Shown here: in pieces, positions 44,992 to 52,561 of the stretch
How positions within the stretch are numbered: the first letter of the stretch is position 1
Layout: each line of letters starts with the position of its first letter
IMG/VR virus record: IMGVR_UViG_3300014019_000011
Location: 17,416-81,415 of that record
Reading direction: 5' to 3' (one strand)
Source of the DNA: a virus
Lineage: Duplodnaviria; Caudoviricetes
Length of the DNA stretch: 64,000 nucleotides
Made by a program: the position numbers and the translations under genes
Notes under the pieces: generated by a model
Told to the model about the DNA's origin: nothing
What the model saw: the letters and a program-made list of their open reading frames with translations, nothing else
The model's database searches: none

Positions 44992-46989
44992 TTACTGCCC
45001 TACGGGCATCAACTGCACCGGAGCGGTGCGGGAGGCTTCAAGGACGAGCTTTGCCCTGTCCACCTGCTGATCGCCTTCGACCTGCATGCGCTTGGTCTCG
45101 GCGTTGAACGTGTCGACAGACTTGTCGCCCTTGAGGGACTGATTTTCCGCCGAAAGCTGCTGCACCTGCTGTTGAAGCTGCTGGAGCTGCTTCTGGATTT
45201 CCGGCGGTATGCTGTCCTTCCCGGCCGGGTTCATCGCTTCCAGTCGGCGCGCAATCTCGTCGGCACCCGGCCAGTCGAGGTTCTTGGCGAGCAGATCGCC
45301 CATGACCGGAGCGGCCTGCGGGAACGAACGGATAAGCTCCATCATCTGGGATGCGGCCTCTTCACGGCGGGAGGTGAAGCTCGGGCCGGCCGTAACGGTG
45401 AGGTCGTACTTGCCGGCGGTCAGGTCATAGATTGCCGCGAGTGTCTGGCCGTTCTCGCCCGTCTCCGGCTGACCATCCGGGCCCACGATGGGTTGCGGTT
45501 CTTCCGTGTTGATCTTGACCGACTTCGGGGTTCCGTCCTCGCCCATGACGCGGATGATGCGCTCGCCCGTATAGACCTTCGGAATGAGGTCAATCAGGAT
45601 GCGGCCGGTGTGGCGGATCGCACGGGACAGATTGTCGATGAAATGGAACGTCGCAACGTCCCCTTCCTTCTGCCTCGCAAGGATCGCCCGACCGCTGGTC
45701 TCGTTCGAACGTGCGCCGAGGGAGGCGTCATACATGCCGACGATGGACTTCATGTCGTCGGACGCGTTCAAGGCCTCCTGAAGGGCACCGGCAGCGGGGC
45801 CAACGTCCAGCGGCTGGCGCTGCGGCGCGTCATCGTCATACTCCAGATAGGAATGGTTCTGCGTGTTCGCCGTCGCCCACCGGGCCGCATCGCTCTTGAA
45901 CGTTCCCTTCTTGCCGATCCACGGCGCCCGCGGCGTAAGCGCCACAAGCTCGGTGCTCGTCGTGCGCCAGTAATTGAACATGCGCTGGGCGTCTTTGGCG
46001 CTGTGGATCAGGCTGCGGAAGTAGCGGCGGCCCTCCAGAATTATTTCATCGCCATAGACCGGGACAATCGGAATGTAGCGGCCGGGCCACTCGTTCACCT
46101 CCAGAATGTCGGCGCCGGACATGATGATCTGCGTCACCTTGTGGGATTTGGTCTTGCGGCTGCCCACCTCTTCCAAGATGCCTGCTTCAATCAGCGCTTG
46201 AAGCTCGGCATCGTTCTCGAAGTCCTCGCGGTCGTAGATGTGACCGTTGGAGACCTTCACGATTTCCCGCTCGGTCTCTTCGCGCTTCCACCATTCCGCG
46301 ACCATGACCGTGTCGTCGGTCTTCCACTCGCCAGCATTGCGCCATGCATCGCTGTCGAAGTCCGTATCCACCGCATCGCCGTCGGCGTTCTTCTTGCTTC
46401 CGTATTTGCGCTTGAAATCGTCCGTGCGCACCGGCTCGACAACGAATGCCACGTTCCAGTCGGCGCTATCGGCTGACATGCTGTCAGGATCACCGTAGAT
46501 CGAGAACTGGTTGGCAACCCGATCAATGGTCAGATCCATTTCGAAGCTGTCGTCGTAGGCGTAGTCGAGGCCAACACGCCAGTAACCGAAACCGCCCGAA
46601 ACGCTCTGCTCGACGCCAGTGTCATAGGCGACATCCGCATTCGAGGTGTATTCGATATTGCGGATCAGGCCATTGATCACGTCCGCGGTCTTCGGGTCCG
46701 CGCCGGAATCAACCGGGTGCACCTTGATAGACGGCTTGTTCTGCCGTGCGTCGTTCACGACCTGGCGAATGAATGGCTGCATCTTGTTGATGGTCAGACA
46801 AGGACGGCTCTCAAGCTGCCGCTGCTTCTCGATCTGCTCGGGCCACTGGCGGCCAAGGCGCGAAAAGCGGATATCGTCCTCGGCATCGAGGCGGTTTTCC
46901 TTCTCGGCGCTGGAGCACCGTTCGAAAGCCTTCAGGCCCTCGGCGAGAAGGTCAGCCTTTTTGCTGCTCTTGTCGTCTTCTGCCATCAA
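44992..46989 (-). CDS. portal protein (P22-like)
   Basis: RPCLTINKM, GFGYWRV, PIVPVYG, DAQRMFNY, SNETSGRAI, KNLDWPGA. Confidence 0.92.
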   Translation of the reverse strand: MMAEDDKSSKKADLLAEGLKAFERCSSAEKENRLDAEDDIRFSRLGRQWPEQIEKQRQLESRPCLTINKMQPFIRQVVNDARQNKPSIKVHPVDSGADPKTADVINGLIRNIEYTSNADVAYDTGVEQSVSGGFGYWRVGLDYAYDDSFEMDLTIDRVANQFSIYGDPDSMSADSADWNVAFVVEPVRTDDFKRKYGSKKNADGDAVDTDFDSDAWRNAGEWKTDDTVMVAEWWKREETEREIVKVSNGHIYDREDFENDAELQALIEAGILEEVGSRKTKSHKVTQIIMSGADILEVNEWPGRYIPIVPVYGDEIILEGRRYFRSLIHSAKDAQRMFNYWRTTSTELVALTPRAPWIGKKGTFKSDAARWATANTQNHSYLEYDDDAPQRQPLDVGPAAGALQEALNASDDMKSIVGMYDASLGARSNETSGRAILARQKEGDVATFHFIDNLSRAIRHTGRILIDLIPKVYTGERIIRVMGEDGTPKSVKINTEEPQPIVGPDGQPETGENGQTLAAIYDLTAGKYDLTVTAGPSFTSRREEAASQMMELIRSFPQAAPVMGDLLAKNLDWPGADEIARRLEAMNPAGKDSIPPEIQKQLQQLQQQVQQLSAENQSLKGDKSVDTFNAETKRMQVEGDQQVDRAKLVLEASRTAPVQLMPVGQ

Positions 46990-47195
46990 CGCAAATCCTT
47001 CACGAGATATCCGGATGCGAGGCTCTTACGGATGAAGCGCCGATACACGTCATGGACGATCCGGCGCGTAATCCCGTAATGCTCTGCGCACTGGTATATT
47101 GCGGTTATCTTATTGAAGCCCGCGCGCATCCTGCAAACGAGGTCGCAATAGATGCGATAGGTCAGGCTGTTGCGGCGTTCGGGTCGAAACATCAT
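46986..47195 (-). CDS. small basic HTH-like protein between terL and portal
   Basis: AIYQCAEHYGITRRIVHDVYRR; ATGA-coupled at both ends. Confidence 0.55.
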   Translation of the reverse strand: MMFRPERRNSLTYRIYCDLVCRMRAGFNKITAIYQCAEHYGITRRIVHDVYRRFIRKSLASGYLVKDLR

Positions 47196-48643
47196 CCCAT
47201 CCATCCGCCTGAAACGGCGTTTCGTGGATCACTCTTGCGCGGCTCAGGCTGTGTGATTGCCTTGCGCAGCATCATCATCCCGTATCGAGAGGCCGACAGG
47301 ACGTCGTCTCTGAGCTTCACGACCTTTCCATCCTTGCGGTGGTATAGCCGGCGCTCCTCAAGCCAATGCGGACAGGTGCGAAACACCTTCCAGCGCCCTG
47401 TCTGCATCCGGTCCAGCATTTCCATCAGACCAGCCTCAACGCTGTTGCCGCCTGTCGGGTGCGTGGCATGCTCAGAAAGCATGTTCAGACCCTGAGCAGC
47501 GTACTGCTTTGCAAGAGCCTCACCGGCCGCAACGTCGTTGTTTCCGTCGTGCGGCCACGCCCATGGCAGCCAGTCGCCCCAAGGCTTTACAGCAGCCGCG
47601 TGCAGAATCGGCGTCTTTTGCCGTTCCCGATAGTCCTTCGTGACGTAGACCACATCTGCATCACGGTCCCACGCAAGGCATACAGCGCCGGTCGGATGAT
47701 CCCAGCCGAAATCCAGCGCGCCGATCTGCGGCCAGTGCTTCGGTATCTCAAAGGGCTCGACGACGATGCTCTCTTCCAGCACCGGGAAGATGATGCCAGA
47801 GCCAAGCGTCGGGATACCTTTGGCACGCGCCTCGCGTTCATGGGCCGGATAGCTGGCGATGATCTTGGCCCGTTCCCCCGGGGTGTAGTGCTCGGCGTCG
47901 TCAATCGTCATCGTCGTGACGCTGCGGCTTTCCGTGCCGATGTCGGTTGCTGCCGGCATGACGAACCGGGAAACGACGGTGGACATGCCTAGCAGCGGCG
48001 TAAACGTGACCTGGGCAAACTGGCCGCGCTGTCCGTTGTTCGTACGCGTCAGGCCTTCGCTATAGATCGCTTCCGGCGGCTCCTCGTCGAACCAGACACC
48101 GTCTACCGTCGGCCCCTGCCATTTCTCGCGGCCCTTCTCGTACGCCTTGAAAGCGAGGATGCTTTCCCCGGCCTGAATGTCACCGCCTCCGCCCCACCTG
48201 ACGACAACGCTGTCGAGCAGGTTCGGAACGCCCTGCGCCCGGCTCCTGCTGACAATGCAGTCGGCCGGAATGAAGCCGGTTCCCCACTCCTCTTCTTTCG
48301 CTGGAGGCCCGACAAGGATGCGCTGCGGGTTGTCGCGCGTGCTTTCGCTCGTGACCGAGCCGGCCCACAACACCGGCGCCTGGTCGAATGTCGCGCCGTC
48401 CCACCAGTCGGGATATCGGCCGGTAAGATGCATGGCCCACTCGGCTCCACCGGCAATCGTCTTGCCGAGCTGGTTGCCTGCCATGAAGAGCCGTTCGGAT
48501 TTCAGTCGTCCGGCGGCGTGGAACTCCCGCTGCTTGGCATACGGCTGGTAGTACCGAAGCTTATTCCGCCTCTTCCGACGGTCCTGCTCCTCCAGCAACA
48601 GCATTAGCTCCCGCTTTTCCGAGAAGCTGAGAGATTCGAGCAT
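47192..48643 (-). CDS. terL: terminase large subunit (P22-like, headful type)
   Basis: FMAGNQLGKT, WFDEEPP, TFTPLLG, LDFGWDH, DDVLSASRY. Confidence 0.92.
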   Translation of the reverse strand: MLESLSFSEKRELMLLLEEQDRRKRRNKLRYYQPYAKQREFHAAGRLKSERLFMAGNQLGKTIAGGAEWAMHLTGRYPDWWDGATFDQAPVLWAGSVTSESTRDNPQRILVGPPAKEEEWGTGFIPADCIVSRSRAQGVPNLLDSVVVRWGGGGDIQAGESILAFKAYEKGREKWQGPTVDGVWFDEEPPEAIYSEGLTRTNNGQRGQFAQVTFTPLLGMSTVVSRFVMPAATDIGTESRSVTTMTIDDAEHYTPGERAKIIASYPAHEREARAKGIPTLGSGIIFPVLEESIVVEPFEIPKHWPQIGALDFGWDHPTGAVCLAWDRDADVVYVTKDYRERQKTPILHAAAVKPWGDWLPWAWPHDGNNDVAAGEALAKQYAAQGLNMLSEHATHPTGGNSVEAGLMEMLDRMQTGRWKVFRTCPHWLEERRLYHRKDGKVVKLRDDVLSASRYGMMMLRKAITQPEPRKSDPRNAVSGGWMG

Positions 48644-49085
48644 TCAACTGATCCTCGGAGACCGTTTCGAGATTGCCGGAGACGTTCAGGTCCAGCTTGT
48701 CGCCATACTTCTTCGGCTTCAGCTTGCCGGCCATCCACTTGCGGGTTTCGATCTGGAGCCGACGATGCTCGATCATGTCACCGGTGGATACCTCGACCTT
48801 GCCGTCTTTGTCCGTCTTGGTCTTCTCCCCGATGACCGGCGTATTCGAGATGTCGAGCATTTCGTCAAAGAGGGCGTCGGCCTGGGCTTCGCGCGCGCGG
48901 GCGTACTGGTCGCTGAACTCGGCGTCAGACCGAAGCCATCGAAAGACGGTGGACTTATTCGGCATGTCCTCGTCATCGCAGATCGAACGGAGGCTTTCCC
49001 CGTTCGCGATCCGCTCACAGATCACGTCTGCAATTTCCTTCGTGAAGGAGGATGGCCGACCGGGGGCGGCTGCTTCATTCGTCAT
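48561..49085 (-). CDS. terS: terminase small subunit (Sf6-like)
   Basis: GRPSSFT...ICERIANGESLRSIC...YARARE...RKWMAGKLKPKKYGD. Confidence 0.9.
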   Translation of the reverse strand: MTNEAAAPGRPSSFTKEIADVICERIANGESLRSICDDEDMPNKSTVFRWLRSDAEFSDQYARAREAQADALFDEMLDISNTPVIGEKTKTDKDGKVEVSTGDMIEHRRLQIETRKWMAGKLKPKKYGDKLDLNVSGNLETVSEDQLNARISQLLGKAGANAVAGGAGPSEEAE

Positions 49086-49293
49086 CGCAAATCTTCATCA
49101 GCTTGTGCTTGGCGCGCTCCAGCATCCAGAGCGTTTCGGGACCGTCGGAAATCGAAGAGGAAAAGAACTCCTCGCCGTCTTCGGTTTCCCCGATGATGAT
49201 CACGCTCTTGAGCTGCCCTCTGGCTTTTTCGAGCATCACGTCGGCATCGAACGGTAACGGCGTGATGCCTGTGAAGATGCGGACGTTGCTCAT
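49075..49293 (-). CDS. hypothetical protein
   Basis: 72 aa, overlaps terS start. Confidence 0.65.
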   Translation of the reverse strand: MSNVRIFTGITPLPFDADVMLEKARGQLKSVIIIGETEDGEEFFSSSISDGPETLWMLERAKHKLMKICDDE

Positions 49294-49314
49294 CTCATCT
49301 CCATGGGGGGTGAT

Positions 49315-49545
49315 GCCGGCTTGCCCACTTCACGGCGCATATGCAGGGCCAGAAGGAAGCCCCGGAGCGGTCGCCGCGCCCTCTACGGGCAAGAGTGAAG
49401 GCCTTGTTCCTCGCGCCGGATGGCGAAGCAGGAGACATGCCCGCTCCCAAGACATCCGATGAAGACCCTATCTCTACCCTCCACCGAGGACACAGAGAGA
49501 GGCATCGGGTCGACACTGCCGGCTTAAGCGGGCATCCTGCTCCAG
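49315..49545. ncRNA. candidate structured RNA (pseudoknot plus long stem)
   Basis: Crossing pairs CTTGCCC/GGGCAAG and CTTCAC/GTGAAG; stem GCAGG..ATGCCCGCT/AGCGGGCATCCTGC. Confidence 0.4.
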
Positions 49546-49569
49546 CTTGGACCAGAGGGGTATTGCGTC

Positions 49570-49650
49570 ATGGCTCGGCAGATTGCTTTGCTCATCGTTA
49601 TCGGCATTCTGGCTTACGCCTGCTTCTGGATGGCGTGGCGGTGGTTCTGA
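49570..49650 (+). CDS. 26-aa hydrophobic peptide MARQIALLIVIGILAYACFWMAWRWF (not in ORF track)
   Basis: GAGGGG RBS at ~49555, single TM helix. Confidence 0.5.
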   Translation: MARQIALLIVIGILAYACFWMAWRWF

Positions 49651-49695
49651 GAAGCCGGACCTAAGCCCGGCTCTCGTTTTGGGTATGCGGGAGCG

Positions 49696-49950
49696 TTAGC
49701 CCGCTCGTCCGTCGGAAAGACTGAGGCCGTGCGTGGCGTAGCTCTCGCGATAGACCGGCTTGAGATCGGCGATCTTGCGGTAGGTGGCGACAGAGAAATC
49801 CGCCACGGCGCGCCAGTCGAACTTCGCCGGCATGAGCATCACGGCACGGAAGAACGATTCCGCGAAGCCGTATGCTAGGGTAATGATGGGATGCATCACG
49901 AACGAAGCGACAGCTACGATCGTCGCGAATGTCAGGCTGCGGTATGCCAT
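49696..49950 (-). CDS. hypothetical phage protein
   Basis: 84 aa, AGGA RBS, hydrophobic N-terminus. Confidence 0.65.
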   Translation of the reverse strand: MAYRSLTFATIVAVASFVMHPIITLAYGFAESFFRAVMLMPAKFDWRAVADFSVATYRKIADLKPVYRESYATHGLSLSDGRAG

Positions 49951-49979
49951 GCTGGTTCCTTTCTGCTGGGGTGGAGGGG

Positions 49980-50207
49980 TTAGGCGGCCGGCGTGAAATC
50001 GAGATAGTATTCACCGCCGACGACGAAGCCATTTGCGGCCTCCGGATTGATGGTGCCGATCTCGACCTTGCCCCACGGCGTCCACTTGAAGAACTCGTCG
50101 TTCTCCTTGCTGCCGGTGGTGACAGGCTCGAATGACAGGCTGTAGCCTGCCGAATTCTCGTTCCGCTGGGTCAGCTTGAATTTTGCTCTGCATACGGGTG
50201 CGCTCAT
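49980..50207 (-). CDS. hypothetical phage protein
   Basis: CRAKFK...ENDEFFKWTPWG...YYLDFTPA; AGGAG RBS. Confidence 0.7.
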   Translation of the reverse strand: MSAPVCRAKFKLTQRNENSAGYSLSFEPVTTGSKENDEFFKWTPWGKVEIGTINPEAANGFVVGGEYYLDFTPAA

Positions 50208-50338
50208 GCGTCTTCTCCTTGTGAAGCCCGGATACCGCCGGGCGCGGATACATCTGCCGCCACAGGAGCGTCACTGTTCCTGTCTTCCAAGCGCCGGTGC
50301 CATTGTCCTGCTTATCCGGGGCGGACTTCGTGAAATGG

Positions 50339-50536
50339 TCACGCGAGCAAGGCCCAGATGAGCCAGGCCAAGAGCGAGACAACTGCGGCCAGCAGATAGA
50401 AGCCGGCGGCGATTACAGCACCAGCCCCATACTGATCATTGCCCATGTCGCGGCTCATGAAGGTGACGGTTCCGAAGGAAAGCAGCGTGATCACAGCCGG
50501 GATTAGCCACCAGCCAAAGGTGACAGTGAATTCCAT
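50339..50536 (-). CDS. small two-TM protein
   Basis: GGAG RBS; hydrophobic. Confidence 0.65.
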   Translation of the reverse strand: MEFTVTFGWWLIPAVITLLSFGTVTFMSRDMGNDQYGAGAVIAAGFYLLAAVVSLLAWLIWALLA

Positions 50537-50544
50537 CGCTCTCT

Positions 50545-50945
50545 CCGTGAATCGAAAGGCCCGCCACCAGTGAAGGCGACGGGCAATAAACCGGATTTTC
50601 CGGTCTTCTCTGTTACGGCTATGCCGTATGGAGTCGGGAAGGATTTGGGACTGAGGCCGTGGCCGCTACCCATGTGTGCCGCACCAAGGATTGGCTGCGA
50701 TCCCTCTCTTCCCGAGAGGGTCGGGGACGCGCGTCTACCAGTTCCGCCACAGGGGCCGAAGCCCCTCGCGGGACTTGAACCCGCACTCCTCTCGGAATCC
50801 CCGATCTCGTTTGCCTTTCGGCGAATTCAGACGACGAAGGCCACCCCGCCGGCCGAGCGAAAAGCCCGGACTTGAGATTGGAGCGGCTGACGTCAGTTGC
50901 CTCGCGACCGGCAATCGCCAGTCCCTCGGAACCGCTCCAAACTGA
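50545..50945 (-). ncRNA. candidate large structured leader RNA of late operon
   Basis: Multiple perfect stems and tetraloops across the intergenic region; encloses the tRNA-like domain. Confidence 0.6.
50721..50804 (-). ncRNA. circularly permuted tRNA-Leu-like structure (no anticodon, acceptor capped by UUCG)
   Basis: Order on minus strand: variable arm, T arm GCGGG-TTCAAGT-CCCGC, AGGGGC-TTCG-GCCCCT, D arm GCGGAACTGGTAGACGC; closed by TCGGGGAT/GTCCCCGA. Confidence 0.8.
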
Positions 50946-51040
50946 AAAAAGGACGCATTTTCCCCATCGCGCCGGAATGCAATTTTTCCGGCTAAGGGAC
51001 CGGCAGCCTGTCAGCGCGAAGCATGAGGGGCGCAAGGAAA

Positions 51041-51946
51041 TCAGTCATCCCGCGCAGGAAAATATACCGCTTCTCGGAAATCATCAAGCGTTTCGTCAGC
51101 GTCCAGCCTGTCGAGATCCGAAATAATTCCTAGAATCCTCCTTCTCGCTGTTTCCGGCAGGCTGTTGATGCAGGCATCGGCGTGCGCCCGTGTGGACATC
51201 TTCTTCCGGTCCCGGCCTTTCGGCAGGTGCCGCCCGAGCTCGGCATTGAGCGTCTGCTTCCGCTTGAAGCGCGCTTCCTCGATCTTGTGCGCCCTGTGGT
51301 ACAGGAACGCTTGATGCCGGTCGAACATGGTCAGCATGAGGAAGCGGATTTCATCCTCGGCAAAACGCGCCGGCTTGTCGCCTACCGAGACGACCCTCAG
51401 AACGCCATCGATTTCCGTCACGGCCTTGAAGCCGGCGCCAGGATCGCGCCGGATGAACGCATAGCCGATCAGGAACGGCAAACGCCGCGCCTTGACCTTG
51501 CCGCCGCGGTGAGGCCGAAACTCGCGCCAGTAGGCCGGCATGTAGACGTCAATCCCCGCCTCCCGAAGGTTTCTCTCCACGAGGGTTTCGCCGACGCGAT
51601 ACTCGGGGGCGTCAGGGATCCTCGACGCCATGCGCTGGGCACCAGGCGCAACGCGGACAGCATACCAGTATTCTTCCTTCCGGCCGACGAGCGGGAGGGC
51701 CTGCCAGTCCACCATGACGGCAAAGCGGGTGCTGGTGTCCGTCGTCACCCGGCAGACCTCCTGCTTCTCCTGCACGGCCGGCAGAATGCGGGCGTTCTCT
51801 ATCCCGGCGGCGCGGATCGCGGCGAGCGATTGATCGGCGGTGAATCCGTCGTCGACCATACGCCAGCCTGCGAGGCTATCGGGAATGACGACGGCGTGTC
51901 CGACGATAGTGTCCAGAATGGTCACGGTCTCTTGGGTCGTCTGCAT
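51041..51946 (-). CDS. NusG-paralog (NGN-domain) antiterminator
   Basis: WYAVRVAPG...LREAGIDVYMP...PFLIGYAFI...IDGVLRVV; start reassigned to 51946. Confidence 0.85.
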   Translation of the reverse strand: MQTTQETVTILDTIVGHAVVIPDSLAGWRMVDDGFTADQSLAAIRAAGIENARILPAVQEKQEVCRVTTDTSTRFAVMVDWQALPLVGRKEEYWYAVRVAPGAQRMASRIPDAPEYRVGETLVERNLREAGIDVYMPAYWREFRPHRGGKVKARRLPFLIGYAFIRRDPGAGFKAVTEIDGVLRVVSVGDKPARFAEDEIRFLMLTMFDRHQAFLYHRAHKIEEARFKRKQTLNAELGRHLPKGRDRKKMSTRAHADACINSLPETARRRILGIISDLDRLDADETLDDFREAVYFPARDD

Positions 51947-52143
51947 CAGGCAGCACCCTCCGGGCCATCGTCCTCGGTGTAGCAGAGTTCGCCCTCGAAC
52001 ATGACGAGACGACGCGACTTGACCTGTTCCGGGGTTCGCACCTTCAGCGCGGGGAAGGCATCCTTCAGCGGCTGCCCCGCCCAATACGGCCCCGCCGACG
52101 GTTCCTTGGGCGTCTTGCCCGTGAACTTCACGACGTTGCTCAT
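51946..52143 (-). CDS. hypothetical protein
   Basis: Coupled at both ends. Confidence 0.55.
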   Translation of the reverse strand: MSNVVKFTGKTPKEPSAGPYWAGQPLKDAFPALKVRTPEQVKSRRLVMFEGELCYTEDDGPEGAA

Positions 52144-52445
52144 GCCCATTTCCTTTCCGAACGTTGCTTGACGAGGTTCCGGCGCTCCGGCGACATCTTC
52201 ACCAGCGCCGGCCGCCAATTCGTAACCTTGGTGATGATCCTCGATATCCGCTCTGGAGGATCGATGCAGAACCAGTCCCCCGATGCGTCGAGGAAGTAAT
52301 GCCGGCGCTGATCGTTGTCGAAGCAGCCCACCATGTCGGAGAACAGCAGCTCGCAGATCGTGCCATCCGGCCGCGCGTCCTTCATCGGGCGCCATGGGTT
52401 GAGGCGGTCGTATTCCTCGCGGGCTTTCCGTTCGGCTATCGTCAT
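52140..52445 (-). CDS. hypothetical phage protein
   Basis: WRPMKDARPDGT...NWRP; ATGA-coupled. Confidence 0.6.
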   Translation of the reverse strand: MTIAERKAREEYDRLNPWRPMKDARPDGTICELLFSDMVGCFDNDQRRHYFLDASGDWFCIDPPERISRIITKVTNWRPALVKMSPERRNLVKQRSERKWA

Positions 52446-52561
52446 GACAGCTTCCCCGCGAGCCAGAGGATGCCGATGAAAGGCAGAACCGTAAGCCACG
52501 CAATGATTGCCGCAGCGGCTATCCACGCGATCACCCCTTCGACATGAAAATGATAATTCAT
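52442..52561 (-). CDS. small TM peptide
   Basis: 39 aa hydrophobic; ATGA-coupled. Confidence 0.5.
   Translation of the reverse strand: MNYHFHVEGVIAWIAAAAIIAWLTVLPFIGILWLAGKLS

Noticed and set aside
49315-49402. HDV-like/theta ribozyme
   Set aside because: Spacing is wrong: long insert between second helix and first partner, only 1 nt where P4 and the catalytic C strand should be
50721-50804. Permuted two-piece tmRNA
   Set aside because: D-arm is canonical tRNA-Leu type, no G3:U70 alanine determinant, no encoded CCA, intervening loop only 4 nt, no tag reading frame recognised
50587-50873. RNase P RNA (AAGTCCGGGCT at ~50873-50863 could pair with TCCGGTTT near 50595)
   Set aside because: Other universally conserved RNase P regions are not found in order; pairing needs two G-U pairs; likely chance, though a cmscan would settle it
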